Below, piece after piece: positions 59,730 to 64,000 of a stretch of 64,000 bases of DNA. Position 1 is the first letter of the stretch. The number at the start of each line of letters is the position of its first letter. The notes beneath the pieces are model-generated. The model saw nothing but the letters and a program-made list of their open reading frames with translations, was not told the origin of the DNA and did no database searches. The stretch comes from Lachnospiraceae bacterium. Its GTDB lineage: Bacteria; Bacillota; Clostridia; Lachnospirales; Lachnospiraceae. The position numbers were made by a program, and so were the translations under genes. The stretch lies in contig WSLY01000008.1 of assembly GCA_013316825.1 (NCBI GenBank), positions 14,414-78,413 on the forward strand, in the 5' to 3' direction.

Positions 59730-61382
59730 ATGATTACATTGACAATCGAGGGAAAAGAAAGACAGTATCCGAAGGGGACGACCTACGAAGAAATCGTAAA
59801 AGAATACCAGCCGGCTTATGACAACCAGATTGCGGTGGTGGCTTTCAACGGCAAAATACGGGAGTTGTTCAAGCGGGCGGTAAGAAGCGGGAGGTTGGAA
59901 TTTTTTACCTTGAAGGATGCCGTGGGAAATAAGACTTATATGCGTACCGCCAAAATGATGCTTTTAAAGGCAGTATATGACGTGGCGGGAGCGGAGGCGG
60001 CGCAAGGCTGCAAGCTGGAGTTTACCGTGGGAAGCGGCTATTATGTTTCCACAGGCGCACTCGTTGTGACAAAGGAGCTGACGGATAAGCTGAAAAAAAG
60101 GATGCAGGAGCTTTCGGAGGCGAAAATGCCGATGCTGAAAAAGTCCTATGCACTTGACGACGCCATGGATTTATTTCGGGAAAAAGGAATGGCGGATAAG
60201 GAGAAGGTATTTCAGTACAGGAGAAGCTCCTTTGTAAATGTTTACGAGATGGAAGGATATTTTGACTATTACTACGGCTATATGCTGCCAAATGCAGGAT
60301 ATGTAAAATATTTTGACCTTGTTCCCTACGAGGAGGGTATGATGCTGCTGCTCCCCGATATGAAGGACCCCTGCCATGTACCGCAGGCGCCCGAAAGCAA
60401 GCTTTTGTTTGAAACACTGTTGGAAGCAAAGCATTGGGGCGACAGGGTAAATATTACAACGGTGGGCGAACTGAACGATGCCATATGTGCGGGAAACATC
60501 AGCGATATGATTCTGGTGCAGGAGGCGGAGCAGGAACGGAAAATTGGAGAAATTGCCAAGAAAATTGTGGAGCGGGGAGACGTAAAGTTTATTATGATTG
60601 CAGGACCTTCCTCCTCCGGCAAGACCAGCTTTTCCCACAGGCTCTCCATTCAGCTCCGCACGCAGGGCATGACGCCGCACCCGATTGCATTGGACGATTA
60701 TTTTGTGGATAGGGAGCTGACACCGAGGGATGAGAACGGCGACTATAATTTTGAGTGTCTGGAGGCAATCGACGTAGAGCTTTTTAATCAGGATATGTGC
60801 AGGCTGCTGGCGGGAGAGACGGTGGAGATGCCGACCTTTAATTTCAAGACCGGCAAGCGGGAATATAAAGGCAATACCTTGAAGCTGGGCGCGGAGGATA
60901 TTCTGGTGATAGAGGGAATTCACGGTTTGAACGGCAAGACCTCTTACGCGCTGCCGGAGGAGAGCAAATACAAGATATATATCAGTGCGCTGACTAGTTT
61001 GAATATCGATGCGCACAACCGGATACCGACTACCGACGTGCGCCTGCTTAGGAGAATGGTGCGCGATGCAAGGACCAGAGGATCGGACGCCAAGAGAACC
61101 ATTCAGATGTGGGCGTCTGTCAGAAGGGGAGAGGAACAGAATATTTTTCCTTTTCAGGAGAGCGCGGATGCCATGTTTAATTCGGCACTTATTTACGAGC
61201 TTGCCGTGTTGAAGCAGTTTGCGGAGCCGCTGCTGTTCCACATTGGGAAAGGAGAGCCGGAATACTATGAGGCGAGGAGGCTGCTGAAATTTTTGGATTA
61301 CTTTTTAGGTGTGAGCAGCGAAAGCCTGCCTAACAATTCCATCTGCAGGGAGTTTGTAGGAGGAAGCTGCTTCAGGGTGTAG
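59730..61382 (+). CDS. Uridine/nucleoside kinase with ThrRS-like N-terminal domains
   Basis: AGPSSSGKT, LDDYF, IEGIHGL and RRMVRD motifs; N-terminus resembles the ThrRS N1/N2 region. Confidence 0.85.
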   Translation: MITLTIEGKERQYPKGTTYEEIVKEYQPAYDNQIAVVAFNGKIRELFKRAVRSGRLEFFTLKDAVGNKTYMRTAKMMLLKAVYDVAGAEAAQGCKLEFTVGSGYYVSTGALVVTKELTDKLKKRMQELSEAKMPMLKKSYALDDAMDLFREKGMADKEKVFQYRRSSFVNVYEMEGYFDYYYGYMLPNAGYVKYFDLVPYEEGMMLLLPDMKDPCHVPQAPESKLLFETLLEAKHWGDRVNITTVGELNDAICAGNISDMILVQEAEQERKIGEIAKKIVERGDVKFIMIAGPSSSGKTSFSHRLSIQLRTQGMTPHPIALDDYFVDRELTPRDENGDYNFECLEAIDVELFNQDMCRLLAGETVEMPTFNFKTGKREYKGNTLKLGAEDILVIEGIHGLNGKTSYALPEESKYKIYISALTSLNIDAHNRIPTTDVRLLRRMVRDARTRGSDAKRTIQMWASVRRGEEQNIFPFQESADAMFNSALIYELAVLKQFAEPLLFHIGKGEPEYYEARRLLKFLDYFLGVSSESLPNNSICREFVGGSCFRV

Positions 61383-61447
61383 CAGGGCAGAGCGGCGTGC
61401 AGAAGGCGGTCGTATGGCGCAAAAAGGACGGAAAGGATAGGATTTTT

Positions 61448-63616
61448 ATGGATATCGTGGAAAATAAAGAGAAGCTTGTGGCGTACAGAGAACGGGCGAA
61501 AGCGCTTGTGGCGCAGATGACATTGGAAGAAAAGGTGTCCCAGACGCTGCACAGGGCGCCGGCAATAGAAAGGCTGGGAATTAAAGCGTATAACTGGTGG
61601 AACGAGGCGCTTCACGGTGTGGCGAGGGCAGGTGTTGCCACGGTGTTTCCGCAGGCAATCGCGTTGGCGGCGACCTTTGACGAGGATTTTGTGGAGCAGG
61701 TGGCAGATGCCATCTCCACGGAGGGCAGGGCAAAGTTCAATATGCAGCAAAAGTATGACGACAGGGATATTTATAAAGGACTGACCTTTTGGGCGCCCAA
61801 CGTCAATATTTTCAGAGACCCGCGCTGGGGCAGGGGACACGAAACTTTCGGGGAAGACCCTTATCTTACCTCGCGGATGGGCGTCCGCTTTGTCAAGGGG
61901 CTGCAGGGACATGATGCCGCCTATTTAAAGGCAGCCGCCTGTGCCAAGCATTTTGCGGTGCACAGCGGACCGGAGGATTTGCGGCATCAGTTTGATGCAA
62001 AGGTGAGCCGGCAGGACTTGTATGAAACTTATCTGCCGGCGTTCAAGGCTTGTGTGACGGAAGGGCATGTGGAGGCGGTTATGGGTGCCTACAACAGGAC
62101 GAATGGCGTGCCCTGCTGCGGCAGCAGGGAGCTTTTGCTCGATATTCTGAGGAAAGAGTGGGGATTTACGGGGCATGTTGTTTCGGACTGCTGGGCGATT
62201 CGCGATTTTCACAGCGGTCATGGGATTACGCAGACACCGGTAGAATCAGCAGCCATGGCGATGAATAACGGATGTGATTTAAATTGCGGCGATTTGTTTT
62301 CTTATCTGCTGATGGGCGTACAGGACGGCAGGGTGGATGAAAGGCGTCTGGACGAGGCGTTAATCAACCTCTTTACCACGCGCATGAAGCTTGGTGTGAT
62401 GGAAGAACAGGAGCCCACCCCATTTGATGAAATTCCTTATACGGTGGTGGATTCCCCTAAAATGCGCTGTCTAAACGAAGAAGCGGCGGAAAAATGCGTG
62501 GTGCTGTTAAAGAATGAGAATAACTTGCTGCCCCTTGACAAGAAGAAATATAAGACCATTGGCGTTATCGGACCGAACGCCAACAACAGAAAAGCGTTGA
62601 TTGGCAACTATGAGGGAACGGCTTCCCGTTATGTCACGGTACTGGAAGGGATTCAGGATTATGTGGGAGATGAGGTAAGGGTGCTTGCCTCGGAGGGCTG
62701 CCATCTCTGCAAAAAGAAAGTGACGGGATTAAGTAAGGGAAACGAGAGACTTTCTGAGGTAAAAGAAATCTGTGCGTTGAGCGATTTGGTGATTGCCTGT
62801 ATGGGACTTGACTCCGGACTGGAGGGGGAGGAAGGTGACGAGGGCAACGAATTTGCCAGCGGCGATAAGCCAAACCTGTCTCTGCCGGGGCTGCAGCAGG
62901 AGATTTTGGAGGCTGTGTATGCGAGCGGCAAGCCCGTGGTGCTGGTGCTGCTTTCCGGAAGCGCGCTGGCGGTAAGCTGGGCGGACGAGTATATTCCTGC
63001 CATTTTGCAGGGCTGGTATCCGGGAGCACAGGGAGGCAGGGCGATTGCCCGTGTGCTTTTTGGGGATAAAAATCCGGAGGGCAGACTGCCGGTTACCTTT
63101 TACAGGACAACGGAGGAACTGCCGGCGTTTACGGACTATTCCATGGCGGGAAGAACCTACCGTTATATGCAGAACGAAGCGCTGTATCCCTTTGGCTATG
63201 GTTTGTCTTATACGGAATTTTCCTATGGCAATTTATCTCTTTCGACAGACAAGGTGACAAGAGACGGCGTCGATATTCGTCTGTCTATAAAAAATACAGG
63301 TGTTATGGAAGGCGTGGAAACTGTGCAGGTATATGTAAAAGCAGTGCCGGAAGCGGCGGCTGCAAACGTGCCGAATGCACAGCTCAAGGGAATCCGCAAA
63401 TGCAGCTTAAAGCCACAGGAGGAAAAAGAAATTTGCATTCATCTGCCGGCAGAAGCGTTTGCACTGTATGATGAAGAGGCAAGGCAGCTTGTTTACAGGG
63501 GCAACTATGTTGTCTTTGCGGGCGGGCATGGTCCGGATGCAAGAAGCCGTAAGCTTACCGGAAAGGGTGTGCTGGAGGCTGTGCTTTCGGTGCAGGAAGG
63601 GTTTGCAATCGATTGA
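61448..63616 (+). CDS. GH3 beta-xylosidase/beta-glucosidase
   Basis: WWNEALHG, RDPRWGRGHET, AKHF and VVSDCWA motifs; C-terminal Fn3-like domain. Confidence 0.93.
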   Translation: MDIVENKEKLVAYRERAKALVAQMTLEEKVSQTLHRAPAIERLGIKAYNWWNEALHGVARAGVATVFPQAIALAATFDEDFVEQVADAISTEGRAKFNMQQKYDDRDIYKGLTFWAPNVNIFRDPRWGRGHETFGEDPYLTSRMGVRFVKGLQGHDAAYLKAAACAKHFAVHSGPEDLRHQFDAKVSRQDLYETYLPAFKACVTEGHVEAVMGAYNRTNGVPCCGSRELLLDILRKEWGFTGHVVSDCWAIRDFHSGHGITQTPVESAAMAMNNGCDLNCGDLFSYLLMGVQDGRVDERRLDEALINLFTTRMKLGVMEEQEPTPFDEIPYTVVDSPKMRCLNEEAAEKCVVLLKNENNLLPLDKKKYKTIGVIGPNANNRKALIGNYEGTASRYVTVLEGIQDYVGDEVRVLASEGCHLCKKKVTGLSKGNERLSEVKEICALSDLVIACMGLDSGLEGEEGDEGNEFASGDKPNLSLPGLQQEILEAVYASGKPVVLVLLSGSALAVSWADEYIPAILQGWYPGAQGGRAIARVLFGDKNPEGRLPVTFYRTTEELPAFTDYSMAGRTYRYMQNEALYPFGYGLSYTEFSYGNLSLSTDKVTRDGVDIRLSIKNTGVMEGVETVQVYVKAVPEAAAANVPNAQLKGIRKCSLKPQEEKEICIHLPAEAFALYDEEARQLVYRGNYVVFAGGHGPDARSRKLTGKGVLEAVLSVQEGFAID

Positions 63617-63672
63617 GAAGAGGATTTCCGGATTATTGGGATAGGCAGAAACATTAAATCCAACAGTGATTC

Positions 63673-63701
63673 TTGGCAGAAAAATAGTTTTATGATACAA
63701 T
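63673..63701 (+). promoter_or_regulatory. sigmaA promoter of rnpB
   Basis: TTGGCA-N17-TACAAT with an extended TG. Confidence 0.65.
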
Positions 63702-63710
63702 GTAAACATA

Positions 63711-64000
63711 AGTAGGATAAATAATCGCGGCTGCTTTGGCGGCTGAGGAAAGTCCGGGCTTCACAGGGCAGGATGCCGGATAACGTCCGGTGGAGGCGAC
63801 TCCAAGGCAAGTGCAACAGAAATAAACCGCCGGCGCTTTTGCGCAGAGCTGCGGCAGCATTGGCTGACAGAAGCTTTCGTCAGGGTTTCCCTGATGCGGT
63901 AAGGGTGGAAAGGCAGTGCAAGAGACTACCGTGCGGCTGGTAACAGCCGCAGCCATGTAAACCCCATCCGAAGCAAGACCATATGAAAACCACAGACTTG
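63711..64000 (+). ncRNA. rnpB: RNase P RNA (type A), truncated by the window end
   Basis: GAGGAAAGTCCGGGCT, AGTGCAACAGAAA, GGTAAGGGTGGAAAGG and TAAACCCCATCCGAAGCAAG conserved regions. Confidence 0.95.

Noticed and set aside
45944-61241. Long antisense ORFs (45944-46789, 47886-48794, 57857-58768, 60171-61241)
   Set aside because: They overlap well-supported genes on the opposite strand and show no motifs.

Overview
Chromosomal window from a spore-forming Clostridia bacterium, most likely Lachnospiraceae (inferred from gene content and style). The backbone is housekeeping: purF-purB-purA, tig-clpP-clpX-lon-engB-ytvI-truA, rho-rpmE-prmC-prfA, dgt-dnaG-sigA-trmK-nif3, three glycoside hydrolases, and the 5' part of RNase P RNA. 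No transposase, integrase, CRISPR array, tRNA or rRNA was seen. The main points of interest are: (1) a tandem-duplicated PlcR/Rgg-like HTH-TPR regulator with a convergent 49-aa secreted-type peptide, a candidate new peptide-signalling system; (2) a LytTR/GHKL cassette whose 21-bp-phased direct repeats sit about 37 bp upstream of sigma28-type -10 elements and precede a FlxA-like gene, with further orphan sigma28-type genes elsewhere; (3) three families of dispersed palindromic elements sharing a GCGAAGC-type mini-hairpin; (4) a hemerythrin-receiver fusion, a pseudo-receiver regulator and an acyltransferase/membrane protein/esterase triad. All product calls come from motif recognition by eye; no database search was run.
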